Below are positions 30,505-41,116 of a stretch of 64,000 nucleotides of DNA, in pieces. The stretch spans positions 1 through 64,000 of the forward strand of contig CAWABA010000006.1 in the NCBI GenBank assembly GCA_963780185.1. The letters run 5' to 3'. Numbering within the stretch: position 1 is the stretch's first letter; the number at the start of each line of letters is the position of its first letter. Below the pieces are notes generated by a model. That model worked only from the letters and a program-made list of their open reading frames with translations. It did no database searches and had not been told where the DNA came from. The position numbers were made by a program, and so were the translations under genes. The DNA comes from Candidatus Bathyarchaeota archaeon. GTDB taxonomy: Archaea; Thermoproteota; Bathyarchaeia; Bathyarchaeales; Bathycorpusculaceae.

Positions 30505-31612
30505 ATTAACCAAGGTTCCGCATAAGATTCTTGAAGAAGCCGAGAAGGCTGGGCTTGAATCAAACGAGCAAAACCGAGCAGGCACCTTCTTCCATCTGAA
30601 TCAAGAAACCGTCGCCGCAACAGTCAACGAAGCTTACGAAGGCAAACTGGAGCTTATGGACATCAAGGCAGCGTTGAAGAAGTATGCTTGGCTTGAAGAC
30701 TACATGTGGAAGACTGTCAGCAAAGACAAAGACGAGTTTACCCGCAAGGTCGCGGAAGACTACAGCGGCGGCTACTTCATGCGCATACTTCAAGGCGCCG
30801 AACTAACTTTTCCGTTGCAATCATGCCTCATGATAACGCAGAAGAACCTGGAGCAGCGAGTCCACAACATAATCATCGCGGAAGAAGGCTCAAAATCCCA
30901 CATCATAACCAGCTGCGTCCAACACTCCTCTGTTCCCCAAGCGTCTCATTTGGGAATTTCCGAAATCTACGTCAAAAAAGATGCGATGCTGAACTTCACG
31001 ATGATTCATCAATGGAGCGAAAACACCTTGGTCCGCCCCAGAAGCGGCGCCCAAATCGGCGACAGAGCAACCTTCGTCTCCAACTACGTTTGCATGCGAC
31101 CAGTACGTGACATACAGATGTACCCGGTTGGTTACTGCACAGGTGAAGACTCACGTGTCAGCTTCAACAGCATACTCTACGGACACAAGAACTCTCTGCT
31201 GGATATTGGCTCAAAAGCCGTTCTCAGCGGAAGAGGCAGCAAAGCGGAGATGGTGAGCCGCGCCATATCTCGTGAAGGTTCCAAAATGATTATTCGCGGT
31301 ATGATTGAAGGCGACAGCGGCGACTGTAAGGGGCATTTGGAGTGCCGTGGCTTGCTGATGGATGACGAATCTTTTATGCAGTCAATTCCTGAGCTTATCG
31401 CGAGAAAGAAAGGCGTTGAGATTACGCATGAGGCTGCGGTTGGAAAGATCAGTGAAAAAGAAATAACTTACCTCATGACCAGGCGGTTGACACGGGATCA
31501 AGCTGTTTCCTTGATAATACGCGGCTTCATGGATGTAGGCATTCTGGGTTTACCTGACGCGCTCAATGCAGAAATCAAACGCATCATCGATACTTCAACC
31601 GACACATCTTAA
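30488..31612 (+). CDS. sufB: Fe-S scaffold SufB/SmsB
   Basis: QRVHNIIIAEEGS, GHLECRGL, PEL, THEAAVGKI, IIRGF. Confidence 0.92.
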   Translation: MSQESELTKVPHKILEEAEKAGLESNEQNRAGTFFHLNQETVAATVNEAYEGKLELMDIKAALKKYAWLEDYMWKTVSKDKDEFTRKVAEDYSGGYFMRILQGAELTFPLQSCLMITQKNLEQRVHNIIIAEEGSKSHIITSCVQHSSVPQASHLGISEIYVKKDAMLNFTMIHQWSENTLVRPRSGAQIGDRATFVSNYVCMRPVRDIQMYPVGYCTGEDSRVSFNSILYGHKNSLLDIGSKAVLSGRGSKAEMVSRAISREGSKMIIRGMIEGDSGDCKGHLECRGLLMDDESFMQSIPELIARKKGVEITHEAAVGKISEKEITYLMTRRLTRDQAVSLIIRGFMDVGILGLPDALNAEIKRIIDTSTDTS

Positions 31613-31629
31613 CACGCGGCAAACAAGCC

Positions 31630-31890
31630 TTAAAGTTTCTTGTAGACCGTATCTCTCTCTTTGGCTGCCTGCACCATTTTCAACCCGACGCTTTCTCCGC
31701 CTTCAGCCCGCTCAACGGCTTTATGCTCCATCTGCATGGAATCCACGGTTTGCTCAAAATCCGTTAGCGGTCCCTTTACAAGTATGCGGTCTCCGACAGC
31801 CAACGGCAAAGTCAACTCCACGATGCCTACTCCGATTTTCGAGAAGAAATGCGTCACATGCCCAACCTCAATCACAGCTTCCTCAACCAA
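31630..31890 (-). CDS. Small EF-Tu domain II-like beta-barrel protein
   Basis: VGHVTHFFSKIGV..GDRI..QTVDSMQ..GESVGLK. Confidence 0.8.
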   Translation of the reverse strand: MVEEAVIEVGHVTHFFSKIGVGIVELTLPLAVGDRILVKGPLTDFEQTVDSMQMEHKAVERAEGGESVGLKMVQAAKERDTVYKKL

Positions 31891-31972
31891 ACGCTAACCC
31901 CAGAGATTCATATTACCTGTAATGCAAATAAAAGATTTGTGTGGGCTCTGTTGCTGGAAAGGACATGGGTTT

Positions 31973-32908
31973 CTAAACTTTGATGCCCTTGACTTCCGCC
32001 ATTATGAGGTAGAACGCCGCCAGTCCCTTCCACCGTCCCCACCTCTTTGCGATTTCCCGCGCCTCATCCGCCTTAATGGATTTTCCGCCACAATAGTAAG
32101 TTGAAATAACCCGCCGAATCCCAAGGTCATCCGCAGGCAACATGTCGAGCCGCTGCATCCCCCGAAGCATCGTCAACTCCGCCGTCCAAACCCCAATACC
32201 CCGAACAGCATCAAGCTCCCTGATTATTTCCTCGGCATCTTCCCGATTTTTTAAGCACTCAAGATCCAACTTTCCAGCCACAATCAACTCAGCCGATCCA
32301 TGGATATACTCGGCTTTGCGCCTGCTTAACCCAACCTGCTGAACCTCATCAACGCTGGCGGCAGCGATTTTCTGCGGCGTCGGGAACACAAAACGGTTTT
32401 TGCCGTCGATTATGAGGTAGTCGCCAAATTTCTTTATCAACTTGTCTTCCAACGCGATAGCTACCTTGATTGAGATTTGCTGCTCAATGACTGAGTCAAC
32501 AAGCGACTCGAAAACGGTGGCGGTGGTCGGATTCTTCAACCCGTAGAGCTGCTGGGCAATCGAATGCATGACGGGGTCGCCTTTAATTTCGCTGTAGAAG
32601 GAGCCCAAGTCAAAATCTAAGTTGAAAATGTACTTGACAATGTCCTTGGCTTTCAGCTTGTCCTGCGCCGTCAAGGGCTCATTTGCCTTCAACTTAACCG
32701 TCAATCTGGGCTGCTCAACGTTGCCCGCTGAAGACACCTCAACCAAAACAAGCCAACCGTCCAAGCGAACCGCTTGACTAAAAACCTCGTCTTGGTAGAT
32801 TCGGATTTGGGGGTCGCCGTTTCGGAAAATTTGAGCAGTCAAATCAAAATTGAAAGGTGCCTTTGCCTCGAGGTTGAAGCTTCTGTGAAGGTCATTTTGC
32901 AACAACAC
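31973..32908 (-). CDS. alkA: DNA-3-methyladenine glycosylase II (AlkA family)
   Basis: EQQIS, FPTP, HhH VRGIGVWTAE, PADDLG. Confidence 0.9.
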   Translation of the reverse strand: MLLQNDLHRSFNLEAKAPFNFDLTAQIFRNGDPQIRIYQDEVFSQAVRLDGWLVLVEVSSAGNVEQPRLTVKLKANEPLTAQDKLKAKDIVKYIFNLDFDLGSFYSEIKGDPVMHSIAQQLYGLKNPTTATVFESLVDSVIEQQISIKVAIALEDKLIKKFGDYLIIDGKNRFVFPTPQKIAAASVDEVQQVGLSRRKAEYIHGSAELIVAGKLDLECLKNREDAEEIIRELDAVRGIGVWTAELTMLRGMQRLDMLPADDLGIRRVISTYYCGGKSIKADEAREIAKRWGRWKGLAAFYLIMAEVKGIKV

Positions 32909-32985
32909 AAACCCAAGCTCTAACAGTTGCTTTTGCTATATTAAAGATTTTTAACCTTAAACCGCCATTGTAAGCAACCGAAGGA

Positions 32986-33669
32986 ATGATGGCTATGCGT
33001 TTGGTTGTGCGTTTAGGCGGTTCAGTTGTTGCTTCGCCAATTAACGTCGAATTGATGGGCAAATATGCTGACTTGATAAAGGCGGTGAAGGCGCAGGGTC
33101 ACGAGGTCGCTGTGGTTGTCGGCGGCGGCGCCTTGGCACGGGAATTCATCGGCATCGCCAAAGACCTTGGTTTGGACATGACGGGGCAGGATGAACTTGC
33201 CATTTCAGTGTCCCGGCTGTACGCTCAACTCTTCCTCAAACGGCTCGGCGAAGCGGGCTGTAGCAAAGTGGCAATAACGCTTGACGAAGCTGCGCAATGC
33301 CTCGGTGAAGGGAAGGTTGTTGTGATGGGCGGCCTAAAGCCTGGCATCACCACGGACGCCGTTGCCGCGTTGGTTGCTGAGCGTTTAAGCGCTGATTTGC
33401 TGTTGAAAGGCACCGACCAAGAAGGTGTCTACGACAAAGACCCGCGAAAGCACAAAGATGCAGTAAAGCTGGACCGTTTGGGTTTTGACGAGTTTTCAAA
33501 GATTTTTGAGGGAAGCGTTCATCAGGCGGGGATTCACCAAATCATCGATCCCGAAGCCATCAAAGTTCTCAAGCGTCACCGAGTCAAACTCATAGTTGTT
33601 AATGGGTTTAAGCCTGAAAACATTTTGGCTGCAGTCAACGGCGAGAAAGTTGGAACTGTGATTAATTAG
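32986..33669 (+). CDS. pyrH: UMP kinase (archaeal type)
   Basis: LGGS, VVGGGALAR, PGITTDAVAA, GVYDKDP. Confidence 0.93.
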   Translation: MMAMRLVVRLGGSVVASPINVELMGKYADLIKAVKAQGHEVAVVVGGGALAREFIGIAKDLGLDMTGQDELAISVSRLYAQLFLKRLGEAGCSKVAITLDEAAQCLGEGKVVVMGGLKPGITTDAVAALVAERLSADLLLKGTDQEGVYDKDPRKHKDAVKLDRLGFDEFSKIFEGSVHQAGIHQIIDPEAIKVLKRHRVKLIVVNGFKPENILAAVNGEKVGTVIN

Positions 33670-33719
33670 CTTTTTCACGGTTTCTCGAAGCTTTTTTGGG
33701 GATTTTTGCAACAGATTTA

Positions 33720-33786
33720 AATATCACTGTTGATATCGCATGTGATATCGAATGTCGATATCGATAATGATATCGCAGGTGATATT
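33720..33786. promoter_or_regulatory. Array of GATATC palindromes upstream of padR
   Basis: GATATC at 33732, 33744, 33757 and 33769, with variants at 33720 and 33781. Confidence 0.7.
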
Positions 33787-33787
33787 G

Positions 33788-34402
33788 ATGGATAAGGAAG
33801 AAAGAGAAGAAAAGAAACAAATCAGACACGGAATGCGCGAAGAAAAACACATGATGTTCCACAGGCGAAACTGGCTACGCCACAACGCCATGGTACCCAA
33901 AGGTTTCCTTCGCTACCACGTGCTAGAAGCACTAAACGAAAAGCCAATGTCAGGCTCAGAGCTTATGGAGCAAATCGGAAAAAACACAGACGGAACCTGG
34001 AAACCCAGCCCAGGCTCAATCTACCCCCTGCTCGCCTGGCTCCAAGACAACAGCTACGTAAAGGAGCTTCCGACTGAAAACGGGTTCAAACGGTACGAAT
34101 TAACCCAAACAGGCAAAGAATTTTTTGCAGAACAGACAAAAATCAGGGAACAATTCACCCAAAACTCTGGTTTTCTTGCAAGCCCCTTTTTCGATAGAAT
34201 CCTCGGAAATATGCCGGAGGAAAAATCAAATCAAGTCCGTGTTTCAATGAAGCGGCTATTCGTGTCGTCGATTAAGTTGGCTAAGGCTTTAAGGGAAAAC
34301 TATTCTGAGAAAGAGTTAGATGACGCTTTGAAAGCTCTTGACGAAGCATCTGGGAAACTTGACGAAATAAGAGGCAGAGTAAAAGGCGAGAAAAATGAGT
34401 GA
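33788..34402 (+). CDS. PadR-family transcriptional regulator
   Basis: GFLRYHVLEAL..WKPSPGSIYPLL..YELTQTG; GGTGA before ATG 33788. Confidence 0.92.
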   Translation: MDKEEREEKKQIRHGMREEKHMMFHRRNWLRHNAMVPKGFLRYHVLEALNEKPMSGSELMEQIGKNTDGTWKPSPGSIYPLLAWLQDNSYVKELPTENGFKRYELTQTGKEFFAEQTKIREQFTQNSGFLASPFFDRILGNMPEEKSNQVRVSMKRLFVSSIKLAKALRENYSEKELDDALKALDEASGKLDEIRGRVKGEKNE

Positions 34403-35406
34403 GAATGAAGAAGCCATAACGGTTGAAGGCTTAACCAAAGTCTACAACCACAGCTTAACCGCCGTAGACCACATAAACTTCAGCGTTAAACACGGAGAAA
34501 TCTTTGGTTTTCTGGGACCCAACGGCGCAGGAAAAACCACAACCATCAGAATGCTCATAACAGTTACGAAGCCGACCGAGGGTAAAGCCACGATGCTGGG
34601 CGGCGACATCGCGAAGCAAAGCATGGATGTGCGGGGTGCAATCGGCGTTGTTCCCCAAGAGTACACAGCCGACGAAGACTTGACAGGCTACGAAAACATC
34701 CTTTTGTGCGCTGACCTTTACGGCATTCCACGGTCAGTTTCCAAGAAGCGGGCGATGGATCTTCTCGATCTGGTCGAGTTGACCACTTTCAAAGACAAAC
34801 GAGTTAAAACTTACTCAGGCGGTATGCGTCGAAGATTGGAGTTGGCATGCGGCTTAATCAACCGTCCAAAAGTGCTGTTCCTCGACGAGCCTACATTGGG
34901 TTTAGATGTGCAGACCCGAGCGGCAACATGGAACTACGTCAAAATGCTCAAAAAAGAGTTCGGCATGACCCTGTTTTTGACAACCCACTACCTTGAAGAA
35001 GCCGACGCGCTATGCGACCGCATCGCAATTATTGATCATGGAAAAATCGTTGTTATCGGAAGCCCAACGGAGCTCAAAGACAGCTTCGGCGGAGACATCA
35101 TAACATTATCCATTCAGAAAGACGAAGACATAACCGAGCTAATCAGCAAAATTGAGCATGTCAAAGAAGTCAAAAAGGAAAATGGCGGCTACATCATAAA
35201 ATCGGCAAACGGCGAATTAACCGCACCCTTAATCATTGAAGCTCTAAGAAAAAGCGGTCATGTTGTAACAAAGCTTTCACTTGACAAAACCAACCTTCAA
35301 CGAAGTCTACCTACAGTACACAGGCAAATCGATGCGTGACGCTGAGGAGTCACGGGAAAACGTTATGCAGCAGCGAGTGGCTATGCGGAGGGCTAGAACG
35401 CAATGA
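34395..35406 (+). CDS. DrrA-type ABC ATPase (frameshift near 35280)
   Basis: GPNGAGKT, YSGGMRRRLE, DEPTLGLD; the shifted frame restores TKPTFNEVYLQYTG. Confidence 0.88.
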
Positions 35407-36244
35407 GCAACCAAGAAACAAAGTCTCAAAAAGCCGATTCCATGGTCTATGGGCTTTAACTAATCGTGAACTCAAGAAATGGTATCAGCAGCCTTTCGTT
35501 CTCGCAATGGGTATAATTCAGCCGATTCTTTGGCTGGCGTTTGTTGGGCAAAGCAATGAACATAGGCAACATTGTGTCGGGGATTCCGGGGGTTGACCCG
35601 AAAGTTGTAATGATGCATACGTTTGGGACATCTAATTACTTCTCGTTCATGGCTATGAGCATGGTCGCGTTCACCGTGGTCTTTACTACCGCATTCACAG
35701 GCATGTCAGTGGTTTGGGACAAACGCTTAGGCTTCATGAACAAAGTCTTAAGCACGCCCGTGTCGCGTTCATCCATAATACTGTCAAAAGTGCTTTCAGC
35801 CAGCGTTAGAGCAATATTCCAAGCGGGAATCGTAGCCGCAGTGGCTTTCGCATTGGGGCTAACTACAGGAACTAACTTCGCCTGGTACAGCATATTCGGA
35901 GTCTTCGCCATAGTGTTCCTCGTCAGCGTCGGCTTATCATCGCTGTTCACCGCCTTAACCCTTAGAACCACACGAATGGAGATGCCTCAAGCAATCTTCC
36001 AGCTGATAACCCTGCCGTTGATGTTTGCTAGCAGCGCATACTTCCCAATCAACCAGATGCCCGCTGGCTACAAATAATCGCAAGTTGGAACCCAATTTCC
36101 TACACGATTGATGCAGTAAGACGGCTCATGGTGTTCAGCGACGGATTCGGACCCTTGACACTTGACTTTGCCTTCGTCGGAGCCTTCGCAGTCATCGTGA
36201 CCATCATATGCGTGGTTCTTTCATGGCGGTACCTGAACAAATAA
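35403..36244 (+). CDS. DrrB-type ABC-2 permease (two frameshifts)
   Basis: RELKKW..QPILWL, WDKRLGFM..TPVSR, WNPISYTIDAVR. Confidence 0.82.
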
Positions 36245-36291
36245 ATACCCGCATGGTTTAAGCACGGAAATGCATGTTGAGGAAAAAGACT

Positions 36292-36964
36292 ATGACAACA
36301 CTCGTTGAAGCAATAGACCTAAAGAAAACGTACATGCTTGGAAAAGTCCCCGTTGAAGCAGTCCGCGGCGTAAACATGAAAGTCGAAGCAGGCGACTTCG
36401 TCTCCATCCTTGGTCCCTCAGGCAGCGGCAAATCAACCATGCTGAACCTGATCGGCGCCTTAGACAAACCCACCTCGGGGCAACTGCTGATCGACGGCGT
36501 CGACATCTCTACACTCAACGACAACCAACTCACCGACCTGCGCAAGGCGCATCGGGTTTGTTTTCCAATTCTTCAATTTGATTCCCAGATTAACCGCATT
36601 AGGCAATGTTGAATTGGCGATGTCTATTGCGGATGTGGGTAAGTCTGAGCGAAGACAAAGAGCGGCGGAGCTGCTTGAAACAGTCGGGTTGAAAGATAGG
36701 ATAAACCATAAACCCGCGGAATTAAGCGGTGGACAACAGCAGCGTGTTGCGATTGCCAGAGCGTTGGCGAACAACCCGAAGTTTCTGCTGTTGGATGAGC
36801 CGACTGGGAACATTGATTCTAAAACGGCTGCTGAAGTTGTGGGGTTGCTTAAGAAACTCAATGTTGAAAATCACGTGAGCATCATCATGGTTACTCATGA
36901 CCAGCATCTGGCGAGGGAGGCAAACAGGACTTTGGAGATGTTTGATGGAGCAATTTGTGTCTGA
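36292..36964 (+). CDS. LolD/MacB-type ABC ATPase (frameshift near 36547)
   Basis: [34 protein letters not shown]. Confidence 0.88.
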
Positions 36965-36979
36965 AGTGGTGAATCAACA

Positions 36980-38317
36980 ATGAAAACATACGACATTTTA
37001 GGTTACTCATTTAGCGCAATAAAACTCCGCAAACTCCGCGCCGCATTAACCACGTTGGGCGTAATCATAGGCATCGCAGCCATCGTTGCTTTGCTCTCAA
37101 TCACCCAAGGCTTGCAAGTAAGCATAACTAACGACCTTAACCGAGGCTTATCAGCAAACACATTGATTGTGGTGCCGGGCAGCAACGCTTTAGGCGCTGT
37201 CGGCGGTGGCGGCGGTGGCGGCGGTTTGGCGGAGGAAGGGCAGCAAGACCAAGGCCGGCAGAATAAACTTCGGCGGTTCAGGGGCTAGCGGTTCAGGTTT
37301 CGCCTTTACGATAATTATACTAGTCAGATTGACGCTTTGTCGCCGTTGATTAATTCTTCGATGGCTGTTGTTGAGCGAGCTGGCTATGTTGACGCTGACG
37401 GCTTGAACAATTCAGCGACATTTTACGGGGTAGATTTCAGCCAGTACGCCCAGCAGTACCCCACCACGTTTGTTGCAGCTTCAGGAACCATCCCCGCTAA
37501 CCCAACCAACAACGACGTAGTTGTGGGCACACGGGTAGTTGACCCCCAAGAAAACGGCACAATTCTCTTCAGCGCAGGCGACAGCGTCGGCATCACATGG
37601 ACAAACGCGACAACACTGCAAATAGTAAACGAAACCTACACTGCGCAGGTTTCAGGCGTGCTTCAGAAGGTCGGCGGCTTCGGTTTCGGCGGACCCTCAG
37701 ACAACGGCGTCTATATGCCTCTTAGCCAGGCGCAGAGCTTTTTTGGGACAAACCAATGTGACTACATAATCGTTCAGCTTAAAGACAGCAGCAACGCGAC
37801 AATCTCAACTGTGTCTAAACTCATAACTGACCACTTCGACGGACAAGTCACCGTCATATCCTCAACCGCCGTACTCAGCCTACTTTCAACCATCTTCGGC
37901 ACCATCCAACTGTTCCTCGGCGGAATAGCCGCCATCTCACTGCTCGTCGCAGGCATAGGCATAATGAACATAATGATTGTCTCGCTCATCGAACGCACCC
38001 GCGAAATCGGCATACTAAAAGCGTTGGGCATGAAAAGCAGAACCGTGCTGTCCATTTTCCTTGGCGAATCAGCAATCATCGGCTTAATCGGCGCGTTGCT
38101 TGGCATACTTTCAGGCTGGATATTAGCAAACATCACCGCGCGGCTGCTCGGTTCAGGGGCATTCGGAGGAACAGGCTTCAAAGTAACCCCGTTGCTGACT
38201 CCCGAAGTGTTCGTTGGCTCTTTAGCGTTCGGCATAGGCATCAGCGTAATATTCGCCCTGTACCCAGCGTGGCGTGCATCTAAACTTAAGCCCGTTGAAG
38301 CTTTAAGGTACGAGTGA
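36980..38317 (+). CDS. MacB/FtsX-type ABC permease (frameshifts in a Gly-rich GC run, 37230-37310)
   Basis: RAALTTLGVIIG, GIMNIM..ERTREIGILKALG, PAWRASKLKPVEALRYE. Confidence 0.85.
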
Positions 38318-38347
38318 TTATAGCAACTAGCAGAGGCGTTTTGACCT

Positions 38348-38795
38348 GTGAAGCGGTTGTACCCTGACCAGCCAGTCGTAGGCGTCGGCGCAGTCATAAT
38401 CAGAAGACGGCAAAATCGCGCTGATAAAACGGGGAAACGAGCCAGCCAGGGGCAAATGGACGATTCCAGGCGGCTTAGTTGAGCTTGCCGAAAGCCCCGA
38501 GCAGGCGGTTATCCGCGAGACGAAGGAGGAAGACGGGTCTTGACGTTGAAAACCCAGTTCTGATTGACGTGGTCAGCAACGTAGACTATGACGAAGCGGG
38601 CAAAGTAAAGTACCATTACGTCATCATCGAATATCTTGTCCATGTGAAGTCAGGCGACGCCCAAGCTGCAAGCGACGCAGTGGAACTCCAATGGGTACCC
38701 TTCAATCGGTGGAAAATTACAACTTGACTGCTTCTTTTCGGGTTTTCTTTAGAAAAAACAGGGAAAAACTGGAAAAAGCCAGCTCCTATGGTTGA
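38348..38795 (+). CDS. NUDIX hydrolase (multiple frameshifts)
   Basis: YPDQPVVGVGAVI, KWTIPGGLVELAE..VIRETKEETGL Nudix box read across frames. Confidence 0.8.
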
Positions 38796-39574
38796 CTGCT
38801 TAGGTGCCGCCTGCGGTTTGCAGGTACTGGGCTATGTAGTATGCGATATCTTGCACTGAGTAATTTTTGCTCTCCAGAGTTATTGTAGCTGTCGGGAAGG
38901 TACGTGTTTGATTGGTGGTTGGGGTTTGTGAACAGAGCCAGCTCCAAATTCAGGTGGGTTTCGGTTCCTGCTTGGTTAGGCCCGAAGGAGGCGCCTGAGC
39001 CGATGTTGACAAAGCCTTGGTTGGGGACGAACTTCGCCATGGGCTGCAACCCGAAATCGAAGTAGAAAGCTGTTGGGAAAACGTCGGTGCCGCCGGATAT
39101 CAACTGGTTTAACGTTGAAGATTGGCTACCATAGGCTTCAATGAAAAAAGTGTAAGTGCTGGGAGTTGTTGTGACGCCCAGAACGTTGAAGCTGCCCGTT
39201 TGCTCCACTGAAACCCAATTGGGGAGTTGACCAATGTTTAGCGGCACTAGCGGAAGGTTGCTGGAGCTCAGAGAGATGTTTTGACCCGGGGCGCTGACGA
39301 CTAAGTTGCCTCCTTGAGTGCTGATAACTATGTTTTCGCCGTTCACGTTTAAAGTCAGGGTTGAATTGGTCAAAGTGATGTTTTCCGATGCTTGGCTGTT
39401 TGTAAAATTAGTTTGCGCTTGTATGGTACTGTTGGAAATGTTAGTTACTACACGGCTATCGGAGTCATTAAAAACGTTGATTGTGATGATGCCTGTTTCT
39501 TCTGCTGCTACAAAACCCGTAACCGCCAAAACAACTACGAGAATAATGGTGATAATAACTAGGCGTCGGCGCAT
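38786..39574 (-). CDS. Secreted/membrane-anchored hypothetical protein
   Basis: MRRR + hydrophobic signal; Asn/Ser/Thr-rich. Confidence 0.7.
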   Translation of the reverse strand: MRRRLVIITIILVVVLAVTGFVAAEETGIITINVFNDSDSRVVTNISNSTIQAQTNFTNSQASENITLTNSTLTLNVNGENIVISTQGGNLVVSAPGQNISLSSSNLPLVPLNIGQLPNWVSVEQTGSFNVLGVTTTPSTYTFFIEAYGSQSSTLNQLISGGTDVFPTAFYFDFGLQPMAKFVPNQGFVNIGSGASFGPNQAGTETHLNLELALFTNPNHQSNTYLPDSYNNSGEQKLLSARYRILHSPVPANRRRHLSSQP

Positions 39575-39657
39575 TTCTCTTATTCCTCAAACGAAGTTGG
39601 CTTTAAACTGCTTAAAAACTTGGTGATATTTAGGCAATTTTGGGGTCGAAGAAGAAT

Positions 39658-41116
39658 TTAGGAGGCACCAAAGAACAGCCGTGTTTCTCCCATTGTCTTG
39701 ATGTCCAAGGCTCGTACGCGGGCTACTATTGGGAAGTCACTTACAACTCTGCCCAGTGTAAGGCAATGATGAGGCGGCAAGTCATGCGCTATATTGACCG
39801 CACTGTTTCCGCGTCTACTCGTGCGGCTCGGCTGACGACGTCGAGGTCGTGTTCGTTGGTGAAGTTGAAGAGGAAGATGTTGTCGGCTTGGCGGTAAATC
39901 GTTTCTTGGATGGTGTCGGGTTGGTTGGTGATGAAGGTGGTGAATATGCCGAAGTGGCGCATGCGGGTCACGATGTCGTCCCAGTAGGTTTCGCGCAGAT
40001 AAAGGTGGGCTTCCTCGGCGAAGAGGAAAACGGCTTTGAGCTTCCAGTTCGACAGGGAATCCACCAGCTTGCCCAAGGCGTATTCGACGACGATTTGGCG
40101 GTCAATGTTTGAAGTGTTTTTGAGGTTGATGACGATGGCGCCGCCTTGGTCCTTGGATTGCAAAAGGCTCTCATCCAGCAACGTTGCTTCGCCAGGGAGT
40201 CGGTGAAGAAACCCGAGTTGGCAAGGGAATGGAAACGGGAAGCTAAAGCGTCGCGTACATGCTGGTTGCAGTTCAAATTTCGAATTTCCTCGCCGAGTTC
40301 CTGCATGTTTAGTTTGCCTTTTTCCTTGAGCATTTTCCAGATTCGGCGGAATTCGCGGGCTGAAGTTCCCGGCAGATGCAGCGCATTCACGAGTATGCCC
40401 ATGACGGTGTTTAGGTGGAGTTGTTCGAGGGCGACTTTGAAGTTTTGCCCAGGCGTTAGGGTGTGGATTTTGTCGTAGTACATGTTTCTTTTGCCGTCGT
40501 TGCTCATGCCGAGGCTGGTGTATTCGCCGTTGAGGTCGAAGATGACGACGGTGGCTTTGTACCCGACCAAATTAACCATCAAGAGCTTGGAGAGGTGGCT
40601 TTTTCCGCAGCCCTTCTTGCCCGTGATAATGTTCAGTGTCCCGTCTATAGCTGACGCGTCAATGGTCAGAAGCGAGGAGTCTTTGGTGCCGCCTAAAATT
40701 ATTGGAAGTTTTCCGTCGACTTTCGCCAGCTTCATCAGCATGGGAATGGAGAGTTTCTTGATGGTGGACTGTGAACGGCTTGGCAACCAACTGCTGCTCG
40801 GACTCAAAGTGTCGTTCTCCAAGGTTGCCCTTATTTTGCAGATTAGTAGGCTGGCGTCTTGGATGTAGGTGATGTGGGGGGCGATTTCCATCGGGTCAAT
40901 GTCTTCGCCCTGCAGGGGTTCGCCTCCGTCGGGCAAGGTACGCAAAAGCTCCTCAAGCACGCCTGGGACAGCGGCGAATTGCACGTCGATGACTTGGGCG
41001 ATTAAAGCTTTGGATGCGTCTTGGTCCTCAACGAGCAGGTAGTCGCCTTTCTCGGCGCTTTCCGTGGGGAAACTGATGATTTGAAGGACGTTGCCTTCTT
41101 TTTTGTAGAGTTTCAT
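39658..41116 (-). CDS. herA: HerA-family ATPase (frameshifts near 40185 and 39790)
   Basis: HAS-barrel-like N-terminus, Walker A GKKGCGKS, FDLNGEY, Walker B LFAEEAH, RMRHFG, TNQP. Confidence 0.85.

Noticed and set aside
33752-33787. MSISIMISQVIL extension of PadR
   Set aside because: Translation of the operator array; the SD supports ATG 33788
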